Of a DNA stretch of 64,000 nt, positions 25,996 to 35,097 are shown piece after piece. The number at the start of each line of letters is the position of its first letter. Position 1 is the first letter of the stretch. Under the pieces are notes generated by a model. That model had not been told where the DNA came from. It made no database searches and worked only from the letters and a program-made list of their open reading frames with translations. The DNA lies in assembly GCA_963662405.2 (NCBI GenBank), contig CAXXKT010000001.1:2656001-2720000 (forward strand). Direction: 5' to 3'. Source of the stretch: Syntrophales bacterium. Lineage in GTDB: Bacteria; Desulfobacterota; Syntrophia; Syntrophales; UBA2210. Made by a program: the position numbers and the translations under genes.

Positions 25996-27600
25996 TCATC
26001 GATACCAGTTCCCAGCCCTTACGAATCTGTAACCTTGGTGAACTTCAAAATTGATCTTGTTCAGTGACGGCATCGGGTCCGCCTCTCGGAAGCGATTCTT
26101 CACAATTTCAAATTTCCCCCACTCCAAGGAAAGGGCAAGAGTAGCGGCCTTGATAGAGTACACGCCCCCGGTCCCCATCGTTGCACCTGGTTTCTTCTGA
26201 ATCGTTATGAGAGCAGTTCCCTTGTTCAGTCGTCGGATAATGGCACTGATGACACCATGGATATTGAAAGCTCGTTCCCCTTCGGGTTCCAAATAATCAA
26301 CAACGTTGAATGCATCCGGTTGGATCTTATCGGCAATGTTGTTGAAGTCCCATTGATCGATAACTTTCATTCCCTTTGCCCACTCTTCAATGGGAATGGG
26401 GAAATGGGAGAGCTTTTGTTTCAATGCTTCCGGTCCCATCTCGCTGTTGAAATAGTAGGTGGGAAATTCCTTCATGTTCGAGGCAATGGCATTAAAGGCA
26501 AAGAGGGTCTTTCCCATACCCGATACACCGGCAACCACAATGACACCCTTCGGAAAGATCTTGGTCTTGTTGTGAAGTCCCAGAGGGAGAGACAGGTTTA
26601 CTGAGTTCCCGATATCGGCATTGAGAAAATCCATGAACTCGATATCGCGTTCAATACGTCGATAGCATCCGCGCCGGTTTCCATGTTTTTCAAGAAGCGG
26701 TTCCGGTCCCTCGCAAAGGCGTTTTAAAGCCATGTGTGCCGCTTGCATTTCTGATCTTGTTGACAGTTGTAACTCTTTGTTGACATCTGTTGACGTGAAG
26801 TTGCCATTTGTTGACAACACCCATTCACGAATTTCAGCGGTAATATTTCGATCGCGTTTTTCAGATCGCTTCAATGCGCTCTCAATCTTTGCACTGATTT
26901 CTATTTCCGGGAATGGTGGTGTACAGTTATTGGCAAGGATATAAAGGACTTGTTTGATGAACTGAAGCTCACCGCCACCTTTTATGAGCAGATTTGCAGC
27001 GTGGAAAAGGTCATCATCGCGGGTCCCTTGATGAAAATATTTGTTGACAGCGTTGACATTGTTGACTTGCGTTGACTCCTGAAAATTGCCCTTATATATA
27101 TTAAAAGATTTTATATTATATAGGGCATCGGGGCACGGTGCTGTTTCCACTTCAAAGATGCTCAGGGCATTCAGCCAGGCATACCGTTGGCCGGTGCCAT
27201 TAACGGAAGGGGGAGCAATGATATAACCTCCCTCACCTCGAACATCAACACCCGGCATAATGCCCGCGGCATTGCCGATGTGCTCCCCCTTCGGATAGAC
27301 AAGATAGATGTGATAGCCTCTCGGGGTTTTTGCGATACACGTTATGAAATTGTCCGGTAAGAGCTCTTGAATCTTCCTGTACGCTTCCTCATTATCGCAG
27401 TCGATAACCAGCACCCCGGATAGCGGACCGGTTACAATCCCGATCATTGCTTTTGGCCATTTTCCCCACCATTGCCTGATCTCTTCCGGTGTTGCTTTCT
27501 TGGTTTGATAGTCGGTCCAGGGGATGTACGGTTTTTTGTCCGGTCTGACAGGTATAACGGACAGTCCAAGATTTTCATATTTGAGGGCATGGCTTAACAT
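25996..27600 (-). CDS. Bifunctional primase-polymerase (prim-pol) fused to a P-loop helicase
   Basis: GLSVIPV, IGIVTG...VIDCD, TPRGYHIY, DVRGEGGYIIAPPS; AGVSGMGKT, VVDY. Confidence 0.88.
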   Translation of the reverse strand: MLSHALKYENLGLSVIPVRPDKKPYIPWTDYQTKKATPEEIRQWWGKWPKAMIGIVTGPLSGVLVIDCDNEEAYRKIQELLPDNFITCIAKTPRGYHIYLVYPKGEHIGNAAGIMPGVDVRGEGGYIIAPPSVNGTGQRYAWLNALSIFEVETAPCPDALYNIKSFNIYKGNFQESTQVNNVNAVNKYFHQGTRDDDLFHAANLLIKGGGELQFIKQVLYILANNCTPPFPEIEISAKIESALKRSEKRDRNITAEIREWVLSTNGNFTSTDVNKELQLSTRSEMQAAHMALKRLCEGPEPLLEKHGNRRGCYRRIERDIEFMDFLNADIGNSVNLSLPLGLHNKTKIFPKGVIVVAGVSGMGKTLFAFNAIASNMKEFPTYYFNSEMGPEALKQKLSHFPIPIEEWAKGMKVIDQWDFNNIADKIQPDAFNVVDYLEPEGERAFNIHGVISAIIRRLNKGTALITIQKKPGATMGTGGVYSIKAATLALSLEWGKFEIVKNRFREADPMPSLNKINFEVHQGYRFVRAGNWYR

Positions 27601-27836
27601 CGAAATCCCCCACCGGCCAATTCAGCTAGGATTATTTTTTCGACTCGTTCCTGCACATCGTCTCCCTTGGAACACTCGGCACACAAGCAATATCTCAGAA
27701 TCCGCGTCTTACCCTTTGTCGCTCCCCAGGATTCAGGATCTTTGGGCACGAAGATTCCGACTATTGCCGGGGGTCCCCCACAGAGGAGGCAAAAATCATC
27801 GGGAAATGGTTTTTGTAGTTTCCGGTGTCCTATCAT
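27594..27836 (-). CDS. Small Cys-rich (Zn-binding) protein
   Basis: CLLC...CLCAEC; overlaps neighbouring ORFs. Confidence 0.6.
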   Translation of the reverse strand: MIGHRKLQKPFPDDFCLLCGGPPAIVGIFVPKDPESWGATKGKTRILRYCLCAECSKGDDVQERVEKIILAELAGGGFRC

Positions 27837-28048
27837 CGTTTTGCCTCCGCGTAGGCAACCAGCCTATCCACCAGCAACGACGGCAACCGGGAGTAGGGAA
27901 GAAAGGTCAAGAGTCCCGCGATCCGAAAGGCCAGCTTCGCTCTCCTGGAATCCCGATTCGCCGTTATTGTTTTCCCCCGATGGAGAGCGGCACCGTATTC
28001 AGAATCAGTGAGAATGATTATCCCGTCGTTTGTTGGGATGCGCTTCAT
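27833..28048 (-). CDS. Hypothetical protein (71 aa)
   Basis: ATGA overlap with the upstream xis-like gene; RBS GAGG. Confidence 0.55.
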   Translation of the reverse strand: MKRIPTNDGIIILTDSEYGAALHRGKTITANRDSRRAKLAFRIAGLLTFLPYSRLPSLLVDRLVAYAEAKR

Positions 28049-28251
28049 GGCCGTTCCTCGATACTGTCCATGGTTTTTACCGGATTCGAAAAAAGCCATG
28101 CTTCAAATTGATCGACACGGTACAAAATCTTTCCATATACTCGAAGGTAAGGAGGCCCCTTCTTTTGACTTCTGTAATTCGCCAGGGTTCCCAGATTCAA
28201 ATTGTAAAACTCCGCTGCTTGCCGTGGTGTGATCGTCCTGCTCTGCATCAT
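28045..28251 (-). CDS. Excisionase/AlpA-like HTH protein
   Basis: ITPRQAAEFYNLNLGTLANYRSQKKGPPYLRVYGKILYRVDQFEAWL; RBS GGAGGTGA. Confidence 0.85.
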   Translation of the reverse strand: MMQSRTITPRQAAEFYNLNLGTLANYRSQKKGPPYLRVYGKILYRVDQFEAWLFSNPVKTMDSIEERP

Positions 28252-28280
28252 GTCACCTCCATGTTTTTCCCGTATGCTCA

Positions 28281-28297
28281 TTGCTATCTCCGTGCCA
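28281..28297 (-). promoter_or_regulatory. sigma54 -24/-12 promoter of the xis-primase operon
   Basis: TGGCAC-GGAGA-TAGCAA (GG-N10-GC), about 30 nt before the xis start. Confidence 0.8.
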
Positions 28298-28405
28298 CAC
28301 AAAAAAAGGCAATTAGGTATAGATCTAATCGCCCGTAATTAAAGCAAATCCTTGTTGATAAGGTTTAATTCACGCCATGGAGGCTTTCCGAAAAATATCG
28401 TGGCA

Positions 28406-28443
28406 GTGACCGTTACTCGTCACAAGTGACGCCTGGCGGTCAC
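28406..28443. promoter_or_regulatory. Tandem enhancer (UAS) palindromes
   Basis: GTGAC-N8-GTCAC at 28406-28423 and 28426-28443, 20 bp apart, 110-145 bp upstream of the sigma54 promoter. Confidence 0.7.
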
Positions 28444-29807
28444 TTCTTTGTGATTCCTAATCGTTTTAATCTACCCTTCAGTGTGGTCTCGTTCAGGCCT
28501 AAGTGCTCTGCGGCTGCCCTTTTGGTTTGATGTTTTTCAACCGCAAATTGATAGTGGACTTTTCGCAGCTCGGCTTCGGTCATATCCAAGAGGTGGTCAG
28601 TTTCAGAAAGTTCTTTGTTCTTGGGTGCTGGCAGTGGGTCTGTCTCTCTTAATTCACCGGTCAGTCCAACATACTTTTTACAGTCGGCGATCAGTTTTCG
28701 ATGTTTTGCCGTCGGTTTTTTGAATAACAGAGATTCAGGTGGAACGGGAGGTAGCACTCTTCCCGTACGCTCAGAGAGTAGGTTGATGTTGGCCATGCAA
28801 CTTTTGCAGAAGAGGCCACTGAAAAGGTCCAACCCAAAAAAAAGGTCAAGGTGAGACAAGTTATCAAGGGATACATTTTCAAAAGGTTTCGCTGTGTTGT
28901 GACAATCGAGCCCAATAGAAAAGCGGTTGAGTTCCTTTTCCAAAAACGCAACATCGATGCCGTTCATTTTTAGGCTGTTGTAGAAGCGTTGACAGGCATA
29001 CCATGTCAATTTCGTCTGTGTCATTGTCGCAGCTTCGAAAAAACTCGAATCTATGGAAGGAATATGGCGGTTGGGGTTTTTTATTCTTTCAATTTTTATA
29101 CATTCGATTTCCTTACAAAAGGTCTCTAACTCGCGAACGTTCCCGGGCCAGTTATGGGAAAGCAAGGTCATCATCTCCCAAGGATGAAGTTCCCGCAGTG
29201 TGTCCAGCGCGAAATAGGCGAAGTAATATAAAATATCCTCGCGCCGCTCATGAAGAGCGGGAACAGTGAAGTGGAAAAACCGGTGGTAAAAGTCTGGGCG
29301 AAAGTCTTTTTCAGTATCGAACCGTTTATTCGTGGTCGCTATTATTTGGATATCCTTTGCTGTGCTTATCTTATTATCACCAAGACGAACGTATTGATTA
29401 TCTTCAATAAACGTCAGGAGCTTCGATTGAGTGAAGGGAGTCAATTCACCGATTTCTTCCAGAATGAGCAAGTCAGCCTTTTCAACAAGTCCTTCTCTCG
29501 TCTCGGCTGCTCCAGTAAATGCACCCTTGCGGTGGCCAAATAATTGAGACTCAATGAGGGTTTCGGGAAAAGCGGAAATATTGACGTGTACCACAGCCGC
29601 ATCTGGATTTTTTTCTCCATACTGTTTTTTAAACTCTTTGACGAAAAGGGTTTTACCGACCCCCGTATCCCCCATGATCATTAGAGGCGTCTTGCGTTTT
29701 GAGCTCAACAGGACATCACAGACAGCTTCAAAACTCTCCATGGATCTATCAAGGGATGGCGGAACAAGCCACCACGTCCTTTCCTTTTTTTCTATTTCCG
29801 TCCCCAT
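28440..29807 (-). CDS. sigma54-dependent enhancer-binding protein lacking an N-terminal sensor domain
   Basis: GDTGVGKT, GAFTGA, LILEEIGEL, FRPDFYHRF, WPGNVRELE, C-terminal Fis-type HTH. Confidence 0.9.
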   Translation of the reverse strand: MGTEIEKKERTWWLVPPSLDRSMESFEAVCDVLLSSKRKTPLMIMGDTGVGKTLFVKEFKKQYGEKNPDAAVVHVNISAFPETLIESQLFGHRKGAFTGAAETREGLVEKADLLILEEIGELTPFTQSKLLTFIEDNQYVRLGDNKISTAKDIQIIATTNKRFDTEKDFRPDFYHRFFHFTVPALHERREDILYYFAYFALDTLRELHPWEMMTLLSHNWPGNVRELETFCKEIECIKIERIKNPNRHIPSIDSSFFEAATMTQTKLTWYACQRFYNSLKMNGIDVAFLEKELNRFSIGLDCHNTAKPFENVSLDNLSHLDLFFGLDLFSGLFCKSCMANINLLSERTGRVLPPVPPESLLFKKPTAKHRKLIADCKKYVGLTGELRETDPLPAPKNKELSETDHLLDMTEAELRKVHYQFAVEKHQTKRAAAEHLGLNETTLKGRLKRLGITKK

Positions 29808-29812
29808 GCTTA

Positions 29813-31003
29813 CTACTCCCTGTGTTTTTCGATGGTATGTACTTCGATACCCTTGCCGCCGTTAAAGGTCGCTTCAATCCCGTTCACGGCGTCCCGCTTA
29901 TGATCCGGGGAGAGGTGACTGTACCGTTCCGACATGCTGATTGACTTATGACCCATAAGGCGAGCAATGGTATAGAGGGGGGTTCCCTGAATTGCAAGCC
30001 AGGAAGCAAAGGTGTGTCTCAGGGTATGAAAAACAATCCTTTGACGGGGATCGTTAACCCCCTCATTAAATTTCAGTCGATCGACAACCCGGCCAAAGGC
30101 GTTTGATACCTCCTTGATCTGCTCACTGTCCTTCGTTGTAAAGATCAAGGCGCTCCGATCTTCCGGCATCCTTCGCCGAAGAATATCTTGCACATCTTTT
30201 GTCATGGGAGCATATCGGGTTTCTTTATTTTTGGTATCTCTGAGAGCTATCAAGTCGTGATTAAGGTCAATGTCGCTCCCGGTCAGACTGAAGAGTTCCC
30301 CCGCACGTGCTCCTGTATGCAGAGATACAAGAGCCATGTCGTGCAACTGAGGGTCTTTCAACTCTTTATATTCTTCTTTGTTCCAAGGGTTTCGTTTGAG
30401 TTCCTTCAATAAGGCGTTCGCTTCCTCTACTGAGAGAAAACGGTTTCTTTGGTTCTGTATCGAAGGCATCTTGACACCCCTCACAGGGTTCGGACCCTGA
30501 TACACGCCCCAGGTTGCGGCCTTATTATAAATCTGTCTTATCAGTACCAGACAATGTTTCACCGTTGCAGGGGAGTAGTCTTTTTTCAAAAGGTCGTTTT
30601 TCATTCGTTCCAAATCGAATGGAGAAATTGAATCAAGGCGTTCATTCGCAAAACGATCCTTGATGTAGCAGTTGTAGCGGGAAATATCATCGGAACCGCC
30701 TCTGCTTTTGTTTAGCTTTGCCCATCCTTCGTATTTTGTCCATACATCAGAGAGTAGGGGAGCCTTCTTTTTCTGTTTAGGCAATTCCTTACCGTGGCGT
30801 TTTGATTGCATCCTATCTGCCCTAATATCAGAAGCAAGTTTTGCAGTATATCCCTCTGACAACCAGCCTATCTTTTCCCACACCTTCTTTCCATCCAGCT
30901 TATAGGTGATATCAAGGCACACATCGGGTTTCCCTTTGAAAGTTCGTTCCAAAGATTCACGCTGATACACCCCCAGGTACTTCGTTCTTTTTCTGGTTGC
31001 CAT
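29813..31003 (-). CDS. int: Tyrosine integrase of island B
   Basis: TGARAGEL, FHTLRHTFAS, MGHKS...RYSH; N-terminal arm-binding-like region. Confidence 0.93.
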   Translation of the reverse strand: MATRKRTKYLGVYQRESLERTFKGKPDVCLDITYKLDGKKVWEKIGWLSEGYTAKLASDIRADRMQSKRHGKELPKQKKKAPLLSDVWTKYEGWAKLNKSRGGSDDISRYNCYIKDRFANERLDSISPFDLERMKNDLLKKDYSPATVKHCLVLIRQIYNKAATWGVYQGPNPVRGVKMPSIQNQRNRFLSVEEANALLKELKRNPWNKEEYKELKDPQLHDMALVSLHTGARAGELFSLTGSDIDLNHDLIALRDTKNKETRYAPMTKDVQDILRRRMPEDRSALIFTTKDSEQIKEVSNAFGRVVDRLKFNEGVNDPRQRIVFHTLRHTFASWLAIQGTPLYTIARLMGHKSISMSERYSHLSPDHKRDAVNGIEATFNGGKGIEVHTIEKHRE

Positions 31004-31087
31004 GTCCGGGCTCCTTTTTTATTGACCGTCAGAAGGGAATGAGCTATATAGCCACAACTTGACAAGAGAGTACGTTGCTTTGGCTCC

Positions 31088-31152
31088 GTGCTACCCTATT
31101 GCTACCCCTAGGAATGAAAAAGGGTTATTTTAAATTAAGTTCAATGCTACCC
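31088..31152 (+). repeat. Integrase arm-type repeats, right end of B
   Basis: GTGCTACCCTATTGCTACCC at 31088-31107 plus TGCTACCC at 31145-31152. Confidence 0.75.
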
Positions 31153-31233
31153 AAGCAAGCTATAAGTGCTCTATATTATGTTGGTAACTATGTCAAATGA
31201 AATTAGGTGAAATAGGCTGAATACGCCATGTGA

Positions 31234-31282
31234 GGGACTTCTAATCCGTAGGTCCCGGGTTCGAATCCCTGCTGGCGTACCA
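31234..31282 (+). repeat. att core (right junction of B), displaced 3' half of tRNA-Arg(TCT)
   Basis: Identical to 12026-12074. Confidence 0.92.
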
Positions 31283-31293
31283 TATAGATACGT

Positions 31294-31371
31294 GGTGGGT
31301 GTAGCTCAGTTGGTTAGAGTGCCTGGTTGTGGCCCAGGAGGTCGCCGGTTCAAATCCGGTCACTCACCCCA
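31294..31371 (+). tRNA. tRNA-His(GTG)
   Basis: G-1, acceptor GTGGGTG/CACTCAC, anticodon arm CCTGG-TTGTGGC-CCAGG, TTCAAAT loop, encoded CCA. Confidence 0.96.
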
Positions 31372-31401
31372 AGACATGCCCTGAAATGTTGGGCACTTAG
31401 C

Positions 31402-31434
31402 CGGAAAAGGGGTCTCATTGAGACCCCTTTTCCG
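31402..31434. terminator. Perfect hairpin downstream of tRNA-His
   Basis: CGGAAAAGGGGTCTC-ATT-GAGACCCCTTTTCCG. Confidence 0.65.
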
Positions 31435-31469
31435 TTATCAAAATCGATAACACCCGTCGCATGTCTGTC

Positions 31470-31631
31470 GGTGTCTTTCAAATCGTCCGACCCAACCATA
31501 AGATATCGCTCAAATGCTGCATTGGTCGTGTGCGTGCCGGTACGTTTAATCTGCTCCGGGGAGAAGTGTTTCCTCAGCGCCTGGGCCCAACCGTGACGGG
31601 CTCCGGCGCAAGGATCGACACCTTGGTTCAT
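31470..31631 (-). pseudogene. C-terminal remnant of a tyrosine integrase
   Basis: GARHGWAQALRKHFSPEQIKRTGTHTTNAAFERY matches the RH...H...Y box II layout. Confidence 0.55.
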
Positions 31632-31888
31632 CCAGGCTTTTTCCCTATACCGAGCCGAGCATCAAAAAGATAAGCATCCACCGACAGTTCAGGTGAAGCA
31701 GAAATTCATATTCCGGTCAAGTCGATATCCGGTCTCCTCCGGAGGCGCAACGAAGATCCCGCGGCGGGGCCTAAGGATGGTGAAGGTGGTAAAAAACGAT
31801 CGATACGTATCGGCCGACCAGCCCTCCCCCGGAAGACAGCTCATACATGAACGGACTGGTGTCCCGAGATATATATTTGCCCGGCTCC

Positions 31889-34800
31889 TTACTCAGAAGC
31901 CTGCGGCTTGTGTTCAGTGTCGCCGGGAACCGTATCCGAGCAATCGTCCAACCCTGGGATCACTGCCGGAGCGGCGTTTGTGTCTCTCATATCTTCGATG
32001 ATCAGATAGAAGCAGGGGACCAGGAGGAGTGTTATCAGGGTCGCGAAGAGGACGCCGAAACCGAGCGATATGGCCATGGGGATCATAAACCGGGCCTGGC
32101 GCGACGTCTCGAGCATGATGGGGGTCAGTCCGCCGAACGTCGTCAGTGAGGTCAGGAGGATCGGGCGAAAACGGCTGATCGCCGCGGCGTGGATTGCGTC
32201 ATGCACCCCTTTCCCCCCTTCCCTCAACCGGTTGGCGAAGTTGATCAAGACGAGGGAATCATTGACGACAACCCCCGAGAGGGCCACGATTCCGAAGAGA
32301 CTCATCACGCTGAGGCCGTACCCCATCAGGAGGTGGCCGAAGATCGCCCCGACGATCCCGAAGGGGACGCTTGCCATGATAATCAGCGGCTGGATGTAGC
32401 TCTTGAATGGGATGGCCAGGAGGGCGTAAACGGCCAGCATGGCCAGCATCAGCCCCATGAAGAGACTCTTCATGCTGTCCGAGAGGTCAGCCTGGCGCCC
32501 CTCGAATCCATAATTGAGTCCGGCGTATTTTTGTTGCAGCTCCGGCAGGGTTTCCGCCTTGAGTGTGGCGAGGATGCGGCTCGCCTCGCTGGGGGGATTG
32601 ACATCCGCCGTGACCGTGATGACCCGCCGCCCGTCGCGCCGGCTTATCTCCGTGTAGGCGCGACCTCGCTTCATGTTGACCGCCTCACGGAGGGGGACCT
32701 CCCGACCGGTCGGTGTCCGGAGCATCAGTTCTTCGAGGTTGTATTCCGAGGTGCGTTCATCTTCGGGGAGACGAACCATGACCGTGACTTCGTTACGCCC
32801 CCGTTGCTGGCGCAGGACCTCGTTTCCGTAGAAGGAGTGACGAACCTGCCCCGCGACGTCACGCGCGGTCAGACCGAGCGCCCGTCCTTCGGGGCGAATT
32901 GTAAAATCAATCTGCTCTTTTCCGGGAGCAAAACCATCATTGATATCCTTTACTTTCTGAAAATAGCTCAAGTTCTCCGCCAGCTCCGCCCCGGCGGTTT
33001 CCAGGACCCCGAGATCACGGTGACTGAGTTCGATGGACATGGCCGCCCGCGATCCGGGCCCCCCGGCGTCGGACTTAAATGTGAGGGTCTCCAGACCGGC
33101 GATCGTCCCCACCGCGCTTCGCCAGGCCCTGACAAAATCCCCCGTCTGCATGGGACGTTCATTGGCCGGGGTCAGATACACGCGTACCCGGCAGGTGTGA
33201 CTCCCGGCCGTTCCGTTGACCGTATGTCCGATATCGGAAAATATCCCCTTGACCAGCTGTTTCCCCCCGCTGGCGTCGGCAATTGCTCGTGCAGCCTCCA
33301 CCAGTGATGCCTGGACCGACTCGGTTTTTTCTATTGCCGATCCGTACGGGAGCGCAATCTCCACCTGGGCGAAGTCCGATTCGATCCGTTCCATCAGGGT
33401 GATCCCCATACGCCCGCTCTTGACGTAGACGAGGGTGACGATCAGGATCGCCATCCCGACGGCGACCGTCAGGTATCGCCAGTTGAGGGTTCGATCAAGA
33501 AAGGGACCGTATCGTTCTCTTACCAACCGGGTGAAGCGGTTGCTGAAGCGTTGTTGACTGTTGTGAAGCCAGGCCATGACCACCCGATCGGGTTTGTCGC
33601 TCCGGTGACTCAGGTGTGCCGGAAGGATAAAGAGACTCTCCACCAGGGAGATGGCAAAAACAGTGATCACGACGACCGGGATCGCCATGAACATCTTTCC
33701 GGATATCCCCGGCACGAAGAGGAGGGGGGTGAAGGTCACGATGTTGGTAAGGATGCTGAATGTAACCGGCATGGCCACCTCGCGCACCCCGGCGACCGCC
33801 GCTTTGCCGAAGGGATATCCGCGTTCGCGATAGGTATAGATATTCTCTCCTACCACGATGGCGTCATCGACCACGATCCCCAGCGCCACGATAAAGGCGA
33901 ACATGGACATCATGTTGATACTGATACCAAAACCGGGCAAAAAGAGGATCGAACCAAGAAAGGAGATGGGGATTCCCATGGTGACCCAGAAGGCCAGGCG
34001 TGCCTCCAGAAAGAGTCCCAGGAGGATCAGTACCAGGGCGAGCCCCATATAGCCGTTGTTGAGGAGCATCGTCAGCCGCTGACGATAGACGTCGGACATA
34101 TCACGGAGGATATCGATACTGATGCCGGGCGGGAGTGTTTTCTGCCATTCCTTCATGTGCCTCATAACGGCATCCGCCACCGACAGGGGCGTCTGGCCTC
34201 CCACCCGTGAGACGTCGATCATCAGGGCCGGTTGCCCGTTGAACCGGGCGTACCGGTCCGTATCTTCGAATCCGTCGATGATCGTGGCGATATCCTCCAA
34301 GAGCACGCGAGTGCCGTCGCTGGATGAGATAATGGGGATCCGGGCGAACTCCCTTCCATAATCGCGGCGTTCCCTCATCCTGACCAGGATCTCGCCACCG
34401 GTGGTCTTGATTCCGCCTCCCGGCAGTTCGACGGCCGCCTGTCGGACCTTTGTCGCCACATCGTCGAGTGTCAGGTTATAGGCGCGCAACTTGTCCTGCG
34501 GGACCTCGATGCTGATCTCAAAATCACGGGTTCCGCTCAGTTCCACCTGGGTGATCTCCGGGTCCTGGAGCAGGGTGTCACGCAGTATCTCGGCCTGTTC
34601 CCGGAGGACCCTTTCATCCCGGTCGCCATACAGGACCAGAGAGATAACGCCCCGGCGGTGCGAGGCGATCCCCACCTGCGGGTCTTCAGCCTCTTCGGGG
34701 AAGGATGAGATACGGTCCACCTCACTCTGGATATCACGGGCCAGTTTCTGGAGATTGTGCCCTTCGATCATCTCGACCTGAACGAACCCCGAACCTTCCT

Positions 34801-35077
34801 GGGCGCTCGATGTGATCTCCTGTATGCCGTCCAGACCCGAGACGGCCTCCTCCACGGCGAGGATGATCCCCTGTTCGACCTCTTCGGGGCTCGCCCCCGG
34901 GTAGGAGACGGTAATATTGACGAAGTCCAGCTCGAACTCGGGGAAGACCTCCTGCTTGATCTGCAGGGCCCAGATGAAGCCGCCGATCAGCAGGACGAGC
35001 ATCAACAGGTTGGCGGCAACGGAATTGCCCGCCATCCAGGCAAGGGGGCCTCTCTTTTCGGTGTTTATTTCTGCCAT
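31889..35077 (-). CDS. RND efflux permease (AcrB family)
   Basis: YPGASPEEVE, GIVVDDAIVVGEN, RFRPILLTSLTT. Confidence 0.95.
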   Translation of the reverse strand: MAEINTEKRGPLAWMAGNSVAANLLMLVLLIGGFIWALQIKQEVFPEFELDFVNITVSYPGASPEEVEQGIILAVEEAVSGLDGIQEITSSAQEGSGFVQVEMIEGHNLQKLARDIQSEVDRISSFPEEAEDPQVGIASHRRGVISLVLYGDRDERVLREQAEILRDTLLQDPEITQVELSGTRDFEISIEVPQDKLRAYNLTLDDVATKVRQAAVELPGGGIKTTGGEILVRMRERRDYGREFARIPIISSSDGTRVLLEDIATIIDGFEDTDRYARFNGQPALMIDVSRVGGQTPLSVADAVMRHMKEWQKTLPPGISIDILRDMSDVYRQRLTMLLNNGYMGLALVLILLGLFLEARLAFWVTMGIPISFLGSILFLPGFGISINMMSMFAFIVALGIVVDDAIVVGENIYTYRERGYPFGKAAVAGVREVAMPVTFSILTNIVTFTPLLFVPGISGKMFMAIPVVVITVFAISLVESLFILPAHLSHRSDKPDRVVMAWLHNSQQRFSNRFTRLVRERYGPFLDRTLNWRYLTVAVGMAILIVTLVYVKSGRMGITLMERIESDFAQVEIALPYGSAIEKTESVQASLVEAARAIADASGGKQLVKGIFSDIGHTVNGTAGSHTCRVRVYLTPANERPMQTGDFVRAWRSAVGTIAGLETLTFKSDAGGPGSRAAMSIELSHRDLGVLETAGAELAENLSYFQKVKDINDGFAPGKEQIDFTIRPEGRALGLTARDVAGQVRHSFYGNEVLRQQRGRNEVTVMVRLPEDERTSEYNLEELMLRTPTGREVPLREAVNMKRGRAYTEISRRDGRRVITVTADVNPPSEASRILATLKAETLPELQQKYAGLNYGFEGRQADLSDSMKSLFMGLMLAMLAVYALLAIPFKSYIQPLIIMASVPFGIVGAIFGHLLMGYGLSVMSLFGIVALSGVVVNDSLVLINFANRLREGGKGVHDAIHAAAISRFRPILLTSLTTFGGLTPIMLETSRQARFMIPMAISLGFGVLFATLITLLLVPCFYLIIEDMRDTNAAPAVIPGLDDCSDTVPGDTEHKPQASE

Positions 35078-35097
35078 AGTCTGCCGTTTCTTGGTGA

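Larger units (their letters stand above)
12026..31282. mobile_element. Island B: phage-satellite (PICI-like) element carrying integron cassette arrays
   Basis: 49-bp direct repeats, arm-type repeats at both ends, int, xis-like HTH, prim-pol, cos, Nu1-like; no recognisable capsid or tail genes. Confidence 0.85.

Noticed and set aside
29813..31003. Island integrase (or 10862-11983) as the integron integrase
   Set aside because: Both abut tRNA att sites with arm repeats, look phage-type, show no recognisable IntI-specific insertion, and are not adjacent and divergent to attI; an HMM test would settle it
31201..31282. Intact tRNA-Arg (TACGCCA at 31222 complements the 3' acceptor strand)
   Set aside because: Only about 10 nt separate it from the anticodon arm, so there is no D-arm, and the 5' anticodon stem is incomplete; treated as an att fragment
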